In this document: positions 1-12,865 of the stretch, piece by piece
How positions within the stretch are numbered: position 1 is the first letter of the stretch
Layout of the letters: each line of letters opens with the position of its first letter
Origin: Vicugna vicugna
Lineage: Eukaryota
Assembly (NCBI GenBank): GCA_013265495.1
Contig: MU058337.1
Coordinates: 3,502,686-3,566,685, forward strand
Direction: 5' to 3'
DNA length: 64,000 nt
The notes under the pieces: model-generated
What the model was told of the DNA's origin: nothing
The model's input: the letters and a program-made list of their open reading frames with translations, nothing else
Databases searched by the model: none
Made by a program: the position numbers and the translations under genes

Positions 1-17
1 AACGTCATGCAAATTAC

Positions 18-215
18 AATAATAGGTAACATTTATTGAAAGGATATTGTGTGTCAGACATGAGTCTAAGAGCTTGGCATGAATTAACTAATTTGATCAT
101 CACAATGATCCTATTGAAATAGCATCTTTATCATTATCAGCTCAATTTTATCAGTGAGGAGCTCATGAGTGAAAGTGGTGAAGCTTGTATATGAAACCAA
201 GATATGTCGGTCTCA
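18..215 (-). mobile_element. MIR SINE fragment
   Basis: Degenerate antisense MIR core and 3' end (aacatttattgaa...tttgatcatcacaatgatcctattga...ttttatcagtgaggag). Confidence 0.6.
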
Positions 216-299
216 GAGATCTGACCCAGCGCACAATTCTGCCCCATCCAACCCGATCTACTTCTGTCTGTTTGCATACATGTCCTTATAGATCTAGCC

Positions 300-1010
300 A
301 TTTGTTTACTATACAATTGCACAAGTGAACTTTTGCATTTATCTCAGAGAAAGGCAAACACTTACCAAAAATCTCATGCTTAGATCTGTTGGTAAGAGAC
401 AAAAACTGAGAACAACCAAAATTTCTCTTCATAGGTGAATGGCTAATGAAACTGTGGCACATACGTACCATGGAATATAGCACTAAAAAGCAATGAATTA
501 TTGATACACGACTTGGATGGCTCTTTCGAGGACATTTTTTTGTGTGTGAAAAGCTAATTGCAAAAGGCATATTTGAATCATACAGTATGACTGCACTTCT
601 ATAACATTCTCCAACTGACAAAAATTATACACACAGGAAAGAGACTAGTGGTTGCCAGAAGCCGGGGGATGGTGATGGAAGGGTAACCTGAGGAAGCCTT
701 AGCGGGAGGGACAGTTTTATGTCTTGATTGGGGTGATGTTACAGGAGTCTACCCACGTGATAAAACTGCACAGAACTCCACACACACTGCCACCTGCCCC
801 AACACACACATAAACAAGCACATATAAAACTGGTGAAAGCTGAATAAACTCTGCATGTGGTACCGAAGTCAGTAGGCTGGTGTTGACCTTGTGTGATGGC
901 TATGCAGGATATGTCTATTGGAGGAGTTGCGTGAAGGGTATGAGGGACCACCATCTACATAGTTTTGCAACTTCCTGTGAATCTATAGGTATTTAAAAGG
1001 AAAAAGGTAA
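300..1010 (+). mobile_element. Old L1 3' end (L1MD/L1MC-like)
   Basis: ORF2 tail (ggtgaatggctaatgaaactgtggcacatacgtaccatggaata) and 3'UTR ending ttttgcaacttcctgtgaatctata plus an A-rich tail. Confidence 0.8.
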
Positions 1011-1026
1011 GAAAAAAATGCTGAAT

Positions 1027-1178
1027 CTGTGTGACTTGGCCCTCAAATTCCAACTTGTATTTAGTCACTTAACCTCTTTAGGCCTTTCTATCAATAAATA
1101 GGGGGAAAAAGTATTTCCCTTTGTAGGAACATTGCTGATTTGCCAAAATATATGAAATATTATACATGAAAGCACTTT
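1027..1178 (+). mobile_element. MIR fragment
   Basis: ctgtgtgacttgg...agtcacttaacctct...atgaaagcacttt resembles the MIR core and 3' part. Confidence 0.5.
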
Positions 1179-1438
1179 ATCTCTTTGAAGGTGGGGGAGC
1201 TATCTATGACAGACGATCTTGGCCCAATCTTTCCCACAGTCATTTTTCTGCTGTACAAAGACAAGTGATATTCTTACGGAAACTCTAACACAGTATGCTT
1301 TACAAGGCAATGAGTTCAATTAATTTATATAAATTTAGAGGATAAAGTCCATGAACAGAAACAATCTAAAATCCATTTCACTCTGCCCCCAAAGATGATT
1401 CCCTTCATAACGATGGCCCCTTTAATTATCAACACTCA

Positions 1439-1528
1439 GAGGGGATGGTATAGCTCAGTGGTAGAGCACATGCTTAGCATGCATAAGGTCCTGGGTTCAA
1501 TCCCCAGTGCTTCCATTAAAAAAAATAA
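1439..1528 (+). mobile_element. tRNA-Ala(AGC)-derived SINE (camelid vic-1 type), short form
   Basis: ggtatagctcagtggtagagcacatgcttagcatgcataaggtcctgggttcaatccccagtgcttcca is a CpG-decayed tRNA-Ala-AGC followed by an A-tail; perfect 16-bp TSD taattatcaacactca at 1423-1438 and 1529-1544. Confidence 0.93.
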
Positions 1529-3399
1529 TAATTATCAACACTCAAAGAGTGCTTTCAGGAGCAAACAGTGTACAATGTTTGAACTAGAATGCATTAAAAA
1601 ATCCCAGTTAATTCAATGTGCCTCTCACAATCATGCAGTAGTAATATTTTTATAGTGAAATTACTGCTACAGTTGATATTGTGTCCATGACAACATATTT
1701 ACCACAAACAAGACAAAGAGTTTTAGATGATAATTTTCACCCAGGAGGCTTCAAAGGGATCTTTCTGAATATGTGCTTCTGCTCGTGGAGTCCCAGTGGC
1801 TTCCAAGGGAAAGATACAAATACATTAAATTATAAGCCCAGGATTTTCTTTTTTCTTAATGGCATTTACCAAGAGGCAGGACAGTAGTCAAGATTTATAT
1901 TTATAACTGAAGTGTGTTAGTATAATATGAATTAAAGCTTATCTGACTAAAAATATATGTACAAGTATGTAAACATGAACATTTAACCAGACATTAAGTG
2001 TGCCCAGTCACATTCACTATGATTTCCTTAGCGATGAATCATGCAATGGTCTGAAAAATATTAGAACTAGACACAAAAAGATTTTTCTTCATATATTTCA
2101 GTGGGAATGAGTGGATTCTATTTATTCTGACTTCAAAGTAAATATTGCTGGAAATATAAATGAGGTGAAATTTGCATTGATGCTAAAATACAAGAAGTTT
2201 CTCAAAGCTCATGGTAAACTGGGCAATTTTTAAATGGAACATATTAGTATGGTAACTTCATAAAGTTTTATTTTTCTCCTGTCATTATTTTCCATGCCCC
2301 TCTTTTTTTAGCAGAAACACATCCACTTATTGAACCAAAAACTAACCTGAAAATATCCCTGTCAGATGGTTTACTCGTGAATAAAACTGTCAGCTTAGTT
2401 AATGATTAAGAAAGAAAAAGTCTTAGTAGCTTTTGAGGAAAAATCTTTTGTTAACCTTTGACAGTTGAGATAATTGCTCCTGTAAGTAATTAAGAGGAAG
2501 GAAGACCTGTGTGTTGCAGAGCCAGTTAACACAGACATGTGATGCTGCACGTATTTGACAAGCAGAAACCTTGATAATTTGGGCGGCGCTCATAGGAAAT
2601 GCATTTTAAGAAGATGCAGTGGTTCCTCTTCTCTTCAATTCACAACTTCCTTTTCTAGTAGGGCTTCCCCATACACTTGACATAAATGTTTCCTATAATT
2701 CAGCAATTTGGCAACATCAGTCTTTTAAGCATTATCTTAAACTGGGAGGAAGGAGAGGAGCCACTGAATATGAGAAAATATTAATTGTTATGCAGCATCT
2801 AACACACTTTGTTGATGGCCCTTTATGTATAAAGGTAAGATTAAATCTTTGATCCAGGATGACAAAGGTTCATTTTTCAACATAAAAATGAAACTTTCCT
2901 TTACAGTAGAGACATGGGACATTTTCCACATAAAAAACAAATATTCATCAAACATATTTCACTATGTTTAAAATAGCATGTGCATAGTGAATTAAATATA
3001 GGAACAATGGGCCTTGCAATTATCTCAACTATTTTACCCGGATTGGGGTTTATTTGCCCAGATAATTGGCAGGAAGTGTATTCTGTACATATAATGAAAG
3101 TCGATTCCTTTAAGAGGCAACAGCATCTAGAAAGCATAACTATGCTTGGTTTCTTTGGTTAACATTCCCCTTTGCAGAGTCCTTAGGCAATAAAAACTAC
3201 TCAGCTTGACTAGTTAGTATCTTGAAGACAAAAATCTCAGAATCATCTCAAGGAAGCAAAGACAAGAGCAGCTTTAGTGTTGGGGAGAAAAATGCAAAGA
3301 TGGCAAATATTTAATTTTGCCATAAGATTCAAGTTTTTATTCCTTAAGCTATTAGGCAAAAATGATCAGGTGTGCAACTATATTCCTGTTTCCCCTTCA

Positions 3400-3760
3400 T
3401 AATACACAGTTGTTTTTGGAAAATGTGTCCCCAGCTAGGAACTTCATTGACCAGCCCTCTTATTTGTCTGGAGGCCCTATACCGAGTTCTTGCCTATGGG
3501 ACGGGAACTGAAGTAATATGTGTTAATTCCAGGCCAGGGTACTTTAGAAGCCAGAGTGCTCTCTGTCATCTTCCACCTGCAAGCTGGATGCCAATGTCCA
3601 CGGTGCCTTCGGAGTCCCCCTGCTGGAGACATCAGGTGTTCCATCAGCCTGAGTCTCAGAAAGGCTTCCCTGCCCCCCAGCACTTTTCAACAAAATCTGG
3701 AACATAAGTGGCGAACTATAATTTTTTTTTTGATGAAGTAGCTAATGTTTTTCTAATACA
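3400..3760 (+). mobile_element. MaLR LTR fragment (MLT1H/I/J-like)
   Basis: gagttcttgcctatgggacgggaactgaagtaatatgtgttaattccaggcc and ccatcagcctgagtctc resemble MLT1 motifs. Confidence 0.6.
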
Positions 3761-4499
3761 AGATTTATACTTTACATTTTACTTCTTGGAATTCATTTTT
3801 TTATATTTTAAAGAAATTTCTTTGGTTAACTATTAATTTGATAATTCTATTTTAAGACTATCAACGTTAGAGGCTCGCTCATTTTCAGAACATTTTTATC
3901 AAAGTAGATGGAATGCTGTGTTTTTCTTTCCAAATTTTTAATTAGCCCTTAAAATTCTGATCCACTTCTATACCTGTTTCCTTTCTTTTCCTGAACATTG
4001 CACTACTTGGCTTTTTAGACACTATATCTGTGGAGTAATTTTAGTATCAATATAAAATATATCTATTTTAATTAATGCATATTTAATTTTAGTAAGAATA
4101 TCATACATACAGATTTAATTTATATTAACTTACTTCATATAAATTATAATATAAAAATCAAATAGGTAGACATAAAATTTCTGTAAAATCATAAACAACA
4201 GTAATTACAAATAGTAGAAAAGTATGCAAATAGTTTCTCAGCATATTTGGTGAGAGAAAAAAACTAGTAAACATTTTTGTTTAAATATAATGTAATGAAT
4301 AAACGTGAACGATTTATCACAATTTTAGTTCAGTGAGTATACATATTTCTGGTAAGTTTATTTTTCTGATTAAGAATAGTTTTCAGAAAATGTTTGATAG
4401 TTAATCAAGTTTCATTTATGAAAATCTCAAAATAGCAATTAATTAAATTTAAAATGTTAACAAATTAAAAAATATTTTAAATTATATGCAGATATTTTT

Positions 4500-4860
4500 A
4501 ATAAAATACAATTTTTCTTTTGCCAATCAGTACCGTGGCTTATCTCTATAAATAACAGAAACAACTTGTTACATTTTCTCACAATTCAGCAAGGATTCTC
4601 TGAAAACATTGCAAGTGAGAGCTTTGTTTGCCTTGTTATACTCCCTAGTGCATTAATCTCAAGGTCATGGAGTGTAGGGTTAGATTCTGCTTTCATTTAA
4701 AATGTTGATATTGAAGTCAACATGGATATTTGCATTAATTTAAATATTAAATATTTAATATTGCATGAAATAGTATTCATCTTACAGATTTTTTTTTGAT
4801 GTCCTACTAATCTTGTTCCTTGGGCAAATGATTCACTCATCTCCCCTTATCCTGGATCTA
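4500..4860. mobile_element. hAT-Tip100 DNA transposon remnant (Arthur1-like end); may extend left to about 3780
   Basis: Terminal segment tgatgtcctactaatcttgttccttgggcaaatgattcactcatctccccttatcctggatct resembles the recalled Arthur1 terminus; AT-rich body. Confidence 0.45.
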
Positions 4861-4959
4861 AGAAATAGCCACTTGGGTAATTATTTAAGATTTTAAAAAA
4901 TTATTTAAATTTCTTAACAAGATAATTTACTATCTGAACAAAAGCATCTGCAATGAAAT

Positions 4960-7000
4960 GTGGAGTTTATGAAGTACAGAAGTTAAATGTATGACTATAA
5001 TAGCACAAAGTCAGGAAGAGAGACATATTCTACAGTAAAGGTTGTTTTACTGCACATTAAATGACATAAAATCACTCAAAAGTAAGTTATGATAATGTAA
5101 AAATGTGTACCATAAACCCTAAAGCAGCCACTAAAATAATAAAACAGAGTTATAGCTAAGATCCAACAAAGAAGGTGAAATGGCATTATAAAAAATACTC
5201 AATCAAAAAGAAGTTAGAAAAAAAAGAAGAAAAAAGAAAACAAATAAAAGGGAAGACAAGTAGAAAATAAAATGCTAATGACAGACCTAAACCTAAGCAT
5301 ACTGATAATCACATTACATGTGAATGGCCTAAATACCATTAATAAAAGTAAGAGACTATTGGATTGAAAGCAAATCATGACCCAACTGTATATTGCCTAT
5401 GACAAAAATTACTTTTAATACAAAGACAAATATAGCAATAAAGTAAACAGAAGTAAAAAGATACATAATGCTAACATTAAAACACAACTGGAATGGATAA
5501 ATTATCAAACCAAGTAGATTTGAGAACAAAGAATATCATTGTGGCAAAGCACATCATTTCCTAATGATAAAAGTGACAATCAAGAGGCTGGATATTCTAA
5601 ACCTTTATGCTTCAAAATGCTTGAGCATAAATGCATAAATAAATGGGACTGCAATGAGGAGAAGGAACAAAACCATCATGATGGGTGACTATTTCATTAT
5701 CCATTTAAAATATTTCATAGGACAACTAAAATTCAGTAAGGATATAGAAGATTTGAATGAAATTATCAACTAATTTGACCAAAGTGACATTTTAGAACAA
5801 TCCATCAAACAGCAGTAGAAAACAAACATACAATTTATTGTACATGAAATATTTACCAAGAAAGAGCAAACATGAAAATATTTCAGGTGATACAAAGTAT
5901 GCTTCTAGTCACAATGGCATTAAATTATATATCAATCAACAGGAAGATCTTTAGAAGATTCTCAGATACTTGGTAAGTAACACACTTCCAAATAACTCTT
6001 GAGACAACACAGACAAGACAAAGAAATTTAAAAAGATTTGGAGCTGAATGAAAATGATAACATGACATAAGAAAATTTGAGAGAAGGCATTACTATAAAG
6101 GGGTACAAATCTCATCTGATAAATGACTCAAACCCAGACTGCATAAAGAATTTTCCAAATTCAGTGATATGTAACAAAACATGTGAGCAAAAGTTGAATA
6201 GACATCTCATAAAAAATACAAAGATGGCAAATAAGCACATGGAAAGATGCTTAACGTCATTACATAATAGGCAAATGCAAATTACAGCCACAAGATACAA
6301 GTGGATGTCTACTACAATGACTAAACTGTAAAAATTGACCATTCCTGTGTTAGTGAGATTTGGAAGACCAGAAACACTCATATACAGCTGATGTGGATCT
6401 AAAATTGTACAGTCACTTTGGAAAACAGTTTAGCAGTTTATTAAAAAAAAGTAACATGTACACTTACCATGACATCAATTTCACTTCTATATAGTTCAAG
6501 AAAAAAAATAAGCATATGTCCATACAAAAGTTTATTTGTAATAACTCAAAACTATAAGTCACCCAAATGACCATCAGTAGAGAAAAATAGATAAACAAAT
6601 TATTACAGAGCTATACAGTAGAATGCTACCCGGAAATTTTAAAGAAGAATAGACTAGTGGTGCACGGATAGCAAAACAATTATGCCAGTTAAAGCTGAGA
6701 GGCAGAAAAGATTAATTGATGTTTGATGTCATTTTTATGAAATTTTAGGAAATACAAATTAGTGTATAGTGACAAAAAGCAGATCAGTAGTATCCTGGAG
6801 AAGGAGGGTGGTGATGCAAAAGGATAAGACACAGGAATAACAAAGTTATCAAGACAAACTTTGGGGGGCCTGGTACACTCACAATTTTAATCAGAGTGAT
6901 GCTTTTACAAATGCTTATTTATGCCAAAATACCAAATTGTATATTTTGAATATTTTCAGTATCCTGGCTATCAATTCTACCTAAATAAAGCTGTTTAAAA
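4960..7000 (+). mobile_element. Old L1 (L1M): inter-ORF region and endonuclease region joined to the ORF2 C-terminus and 3'UTR
   Basis: aatcacattacatgtgaatggcctaaat (ITLNVNGLN-like) near 5308; catgacccaactgtatattgccta (DPTICCL-like); ORF 6077-6331 contains MANKHMERCLTSL; 3'UTR ends aataaagctgtt. Confidence 0.85.
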
Positions 7001-7059
7001 GAGGGGGGAAAAAACTTTGAAATTTGTGCTAAAAAATCAGTGTTCTAATTGAGAGTCTT

Positions 7060-7150
7060 CTACTTCCCTGATAAGCTTTTGACTCTAGTCAAGTGACTTG
7101 CTATTTATGTACTTCCATTTTCTCATCCATAGAATAAGCCAAACAATATT
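7060..7150 (+). mobile_element. MIR fragment
   Basis: gtcaagtgacttg...ccattttctcatccatagaata resembles the MIR core. Confidence 0.45.
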
Positions 7151-8419
7151 TATTTCCTATTTGGGGTTACATAAGTGAAGACCTAAAACAGAGTGAGTTC
7201 AAGTTGTGCAAGGTTTCACCATCTTAGTCATTTCAAATCATTATCCTCTCCATCTCAAATTCCTGGTTACAAGTACAGCGCTTTATTAAGTACGATATAC
7301 TTTTAGAGTTAGTTTCTATTTTAATGTTTTTCCAAACATCTTATACATAGCTTCTTTCAAAATGAGTTTAAGGCCACATTTGCAATTTTTTAAATCATTA
7401 TACAATAGCGGAAAAAAATTGAATTTTTCACAAAAATCTTCTCGATCAAGCCAGAGAGCCAACAGTAGTCATTTGCATGCTGATTTTGTGTCAATGCTTA
7501 TAAACACACAGTGTGTTTTTTACATATTAGGAACTCGTTAATATAGATTTGGCTGCAGGCATGGATGAGTGACAGCACCATTTTTTGTGTTTTATACTGT
7601 GATTTGATCACTAAGTCTCAAAACATCTTGAGTAAACATCATTTGGCAGAATGTGGTTAATCTAAACATCTCTGAATGTGCATGTTGTGAATGTGAAATT
7701 TCTGGAAACTGAATCTCCAGCCGGTTGGAGCAATGGCGGCGGGACAGATGGCCAGTGGTTACATAAGGCAGTAGTTGAAGAATTTGCCTCTCAGCACCCT
7801 CGTAAAGCTAAGAGTAAGCATCTGGTGGGTATGCACGAGGTATCAAGTGGACTATGGAGTCTGGGAGGGGAGCCACTTGGCTGCTCTGAGTTATCTGGTC
7901 TGTCTTAAAGACAGCGCCATATGGATCTATATTGGGAGAAGGGTAGTGTAAATGGAAACTGAAGAAAGAAATGAGCTAAAGTAAATGAGAAACAGAAGTT
8001 CAGTAGATTTGTGAAGAACCAAAATCAGAGGCCTAAACTTGAGTTCATAGTTTTTTCCATTTATTACACAACTGACTTCATGACATTTCTCTGCCAAGGC
8101 AGTGCCATTTAAGGACTGACGTGGTGTGATTCATATATGCCTACACACAGGGCTATTTTAGGGTTGGTTTGTATGTTAGGTCCATTTGGATATTAGTTCT
8201 CTACATACGTGTGCCATTCTGAAATCAACCACTTCGTTGACAGCCTTTTCTTGACAGGAAGCGAGAGTTAACGTTTTTGTTAAGAATGATGTTTGGCGAT
8301 CAAAATAACATGCTTCAGATTGGCAAATCTTCAACAAATGCATACACCACTTGGTCTGATTCAATTGCCTGTTTAGAATTTACCTGGAAGAGCAATTTCA
8401 CATTCTTTCAAATTTCTTC

Positions 8420-9000
8420 CCCTCAGTAAACTTTTACTGAGTACTTGCTAAGTATGGGGTTCTCTGCTAGGAGATGAAAATACAATACTGAACAAGAATG
8501 TTTAAATTCTAAGAGTTGGGAGTCAATGAGGACAGAAAAACATGTAAAGAGACTCATCTGACATGGAGGTGGTCAATTCTATAATGATGACATGAGTAAG
8601 ATGCTGGAGAAGCAAACTGGATACCTACCCAAGCCTGTGGTGACTGACAGTGGAAGTCAGAGAGGGCTTCCTGGAAGAGTGGGCATGCTAGTTGATAGTA
8701 GTTAGCTAAGTCAGATGTGGCCAGGAAGGAAGAAATGCATGGAAGAAAACCACAGCATCATTTGCAGAGACACAGAAGCTTGGTAGAGCTAAGCATCTTC
8801 AGAAATTTAGTGGGTCATGAGGTTATTGGAGAGGTCACAGGGATTGAGTTTGGTGAGGCAGGTGGAGACTAGCTCATAACAAAAACATCCATGCTCTGCT
8901 TTACTAACCTTGAACATGATAGAAGGACGTTAATTGTTTTTAATCAGGGGAAAGACAGATGCAGAAAGACAGTTTTAGTAGCATGGTAGAGAAAGGATCT
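8420..9000 (-). mobile_element. L2 LINE 3' fragment
   Basis: ttactgagtacttgcta...gtcagagagggcttcctggaagag...ttttaatcagggga are typical antisense L2 motifs. Confidence 0.7.
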
Positions 9001-9884
9001 CAGAAGATTAGGATGTGACTATTAAGAGAAGCATTAGTTTAGCTGAGCTTCTTGTCTTGACATCCTCTCTAGAGAAATGAATACTCCCCTTGCACTTCCT
9101 TCTTGAGAGGAGGTAACGTTCTAACAGAAAAAGCAGTGACTTTGGGGACGCCGGGGCCCTCACTGCCCCTAGGCACGGCATTCCCAACCCCAGACCTGGG
9201 CCGCCAAACACACCTGCACCAAGAACACTGGCACACAGCTCAGCAGGCAACAGGCAGCCAACCACACGGCGCAAGCTGATTTCCAGACTCCGTCATTAGT
9301 CTGTGTGAACACATAAATCTGTTTTCCAAACCAAATCCAAATATATATACACCTCTGTATGTGTATACATATGTAAATTCTGAAGCAAATATGTTAATTA
9401 CCGAACTTCACCACCTACTAGGCATGATGTACATTTAAGCGAAATAGTTATAAGCTCACTTTTAGATGTAGGTGCGGGCTACCTGTTACACTGGACCGTT
9501 CCTCCCCATCCTCCCTACAGAGGGGCTGCATGAACAGTCAGAGCATCCTAGCTCTCGCAGGTGTCCCTGTGAGAGTCTCTCTCTTGTCCTGGACACTCAG
9601 CCTGCAGGAGTTCCTCCACCCTCTGATGGGATGGCCAGCCAACTGAGGCCAGACTTCCTGTCGTAACCCGCATTCGTCAAAAGATAATCTTCTAAATCTC
9701 CTTCCCAAAGGATGTTTAAAATACTTCTCTTTATTCCGATTACATTATTGCTAGTAGTTTTCTTTACAAAGCCTTCTTTAGAAATAAGCACCACAAAGAC
9801 GGTGAGGGTGATTGAGAGAAAAAAACTGCCTCCCGTTCCTCTCAGAGCACTTCCATTACTCCCCTGATCTCACTCCGGAGCACC

Positions 9885-10170
9885 ACCAGGCAGCAGAAAT
9901 ATAATGCAAGCCACACAGACCATGTTAAATTGTTCAGAAGCCACGTTACACAATGAAAAAGAAACAGGCAAAACTAATTTGAATGATACGTTTCATTTAA
10001 CCCAATGTGTCTAACATGGTATCATTTCTGTAGGTAATCAACACAGTATTATCAGTGACGAATTGTACCTTCGATTTTCTGCGCCGTATTTGAAGTCCAG
10101 TGTGCATCTATCTAACCATTGCAGTCCTTCTCAATTTGGAATCACACCCCAGTGCCCAGTAGCCACGCTC
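9885..10170. mobile_element. MER33 (hAT-Charlie non-autonomous DNA transposon)
   Basis: agaaatataatgcaagccaca...aaaaagaaacagg...tttaacccaat...tctcaatttgga...agtagccac is colinear with the recalled MER33 consensus. Confidence 0.8.
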
Positions 10171-12027
10171 TAGAGGAAAAATCAGCTAGGGGCACTTTTG
10201 TTTTTAAGGTTCAGCTTTACCACCCCTGCCCTTTGCCCCCTCTACGCCTGTCCCAGCCTCTGCCCACAGGAGACACAGACTTGGTGCATCCACACAGAGG
10301 CACATGTGCCAACAGTATCGAGTCCCTTCCTCCCCTGGTCCTTGGCGTTTTGAGGGCTTTAAGCTTGTGAAGTTCTTAGGAATTGCATTGACCATCTGTA
10401 GGTGAATCACTTATTTTAAAGATATTCTGAAATCATACCATTTTTAAATGCATTTCCTTTAAGTTCAAGTCAGTCTTGTTTTGAGAGGGACAGAGGTGGG
10501 ACATCTAAGCAAACAAGCAGCTGTCCTGGAGTTTGCAGAGTGGTTACAGCCTCACAAGGTGAAAATGACCTATTGAAGACGTCTGAATATCTACAATGTC
10601 CATCTTTTCTGGCCTCACCTTTCTTTCACCTCTGAGCTCTGCTTTTTGTTGTTTAATCCTCCCGTTGGTATTCAGAACAGGGCTACTGTGTTGGGGCTCA
10701 CCAGTGGAAATGAAACTTCAATATCCACTTGCTACCTGCTTGCTCGAGGCACTGTAAGATTTTCTCTCAGCTCACCACGGGGCGAATGAGAACAGCAGAG
10801 TCAGCTGAGGAGAGTTTATTAACCAGCATTCGAACCTCCAGTAAATCGCGCCCAGCAGCGGTCCTGCAATCGTGACATCCAGAGGCAGATTTCTGGATTA
10901 ATGCATATGAGCTTCTGGGGGAGAAATGGAAGCATCAGACCCTACTTCCCAGAGTTTGCCCCCGTGTAACTCAATTTACCTGCTCGGCTAAAAGAAAGGG
11001 AATGCAGGTGCCAGACTCGAAGGAAGCCGTAGCCTCAGCCTGTGAGCCTTTTAGATGGGAGAGATAGATACTTCTGGGGTCTGGTATATTTCACCTCGAT
11101 TAATGGGATTATTAAGAACACACTATCACAACACTCAAGAGGGAAAGAACATACTGTCTGTCTACTGAATAAAAAGTCTTCTGGAATGTCCATATTTGAT
11201 TTTGAGAAACATGGTTCAATTATTCTATACTGAACAACTGAAATTGTCTAGAAATAATGGACAAGTATTTCTTATATTGGTAACAGATTATATTCCAAAC
11301 AAGATATGCACTGCTACTAAAAACTTTACTATGGAGAAAAAGAAATGTTATAAAGGGAAAGTAGACAAATAATCTAATAGACCAAAAGTATTCAGAACTT
11401 CCCTCTGGCACATTCACAGTTAAAGCACTATATATTTTTAAATGTATAATTTTAATAGGAAAGTACAAAGATATGATGATGTACATATAGATGTCCAAAC
11501 ATACATTTTGATATATTTAACTGATGGCATGTTTGATGTGGGAAGTGAACAGAACCAGTAGTTTATAAAACGTCTGCTTTTCTAACCTGGAGATTAGAAG
11601 TGAGTTATCTTTTGGATGAGAACTTCTATAGGTTTACATACATTGTTCATGGTGTCAAAGGGCAGCATTTTCTTTACTTTAAGAAAAATATAATTACCAT
11701 GTCTCGTTTTTAACACCAACAGCCCCTCCTTTATGGGAAGATGGGTTCAGAGTAGGAAGAACCAGAGGCTTTGGATATAAAGGAATTCAGTCCACGGCTG
11801 CACTGGCTCACCCTCCACCACCTTGACCAAAATTGTAATTCCTTGTGACACTGAGGCATTGCCATTAAAGGAGACCATGCACCCGGGCAGTGGACTGCAG
11901 GAATTCGGAAAGACTGAGTAAAGTATGCGGATGGGTGAGGCCCACATTTCACAAACTAGTGCACACACTGAGAGAATTTATGAAATGATCCTCGAGAGAC
12001 CAGAGAGTCCAATAATGACTCCTGTTA

Positions 12028-12137
12028 GAGTGTCCTGGCTTCACCATTGACTAGGCTCTGCCTTGGGTAAGTCACTTAACCCATTAGGACTTCAAGAATT
12101 CCTCATATGTGAAATGGTCACAATGATGCCTTCTCTA
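12028..12137 (+). mobile_element. MIR fragment
   Basis: ccttgggtaagtcacttaacc...ttcctcatatgtgaaatgg matches the MIR core. Confidence 0.7.
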
Positions 12138-12189
12138 TATCGAATATACTCCATGGTTCTGTTACATGTTTGACACTTTACCTACCATA

Positions 12190-12330
12190 TATATCTTTTA
12201 TTCTTTTACCAACCACTTAAAGTTGGGACTATGATCCCGATTTTACAGAAGAAATAAGTCAAATTCATAAAGGTTAAATGATTGCTCCAAGGCCAAGGTG
12301 CTCGTAAGTGGCAGACCCAGAATTCAGATA
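12190..12330 (-). mobile_element. MIR fragment
   Basis: cccgattttacagaagaa...aggttaaatgattgctccaaggcca...gtaagtggcaga matches antisense MIR. Confidence 0.7.
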
Positions 12331-12599
12331 TATGCATGCAAATTTTCTATATTCTATTAATATCATCTTGTTATTATATTTAGCTTAGTACATGCAAAAG
12401 AGTATCATTCCATCGTGTCACCGAAGCTCCAAAGTACTGAATGTGTTATCTTCTTACCATTCTCCAAAAAAGACTTCATCTCCATAATCTCCACGACTTT
12501 GGTTATTCACACTCCACCTGCTTGAGCATCTAGCATCACCGAATCCAAATTTTTATAAAATCTTACATTTCTGGAAGAACCTCAGCCCCAATCAAACCA

Positions 12600-12865
12600 T
12601 TACAAACCACTACAGATTGATTACCCAGATCCTCTGGTATGAATACATCTCTTTCTACTGTTCCTTCATTGTAGTCTTTACTTCTTTACCACATTTAACC
12701 TAGACGTTACTGCACTATAATTGTTTTTGCATTCATCAGTGTCACCTACTAAACTGTGAGCTACTGGCAGCCACAAATCGGGCCTAGTTAATCTATGGCT
12801 ACTTTGCCCATCCTTAGTATAACGCCTTATATATAGTGGGTAATCAGTAACTGTCAAAGGAATCA
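12600..12865 (+). mobile_element. L2 3' end
   Basis: ctactaaactgtgagctactggcag...atatagtgggtaatcagtaact resembles the L2 terminus. Confidence 0.55.

Noticed and set aside
1441..1515. Functional tRNA-Ala(AGC) gene (also at 20115 and 55809)
   Set aside because: CpG-decay substitutions, extra 5' bases, A-rich tails, a TSD and no T-run terminator mark these as retroposed SINE copies
4743..4762. 20-bp perfect palindrome aatattaaatatttaatatt
   Set aside because: Entirely A/T in a very AT-rich transposon remnant, so plausible by chance
10676..10753. 78-nt open exon-like segment (ttcAG...ACT|GTAAGA)
   Set aside because: Only moderate splice signals, unrecognised peptide, expected by chance
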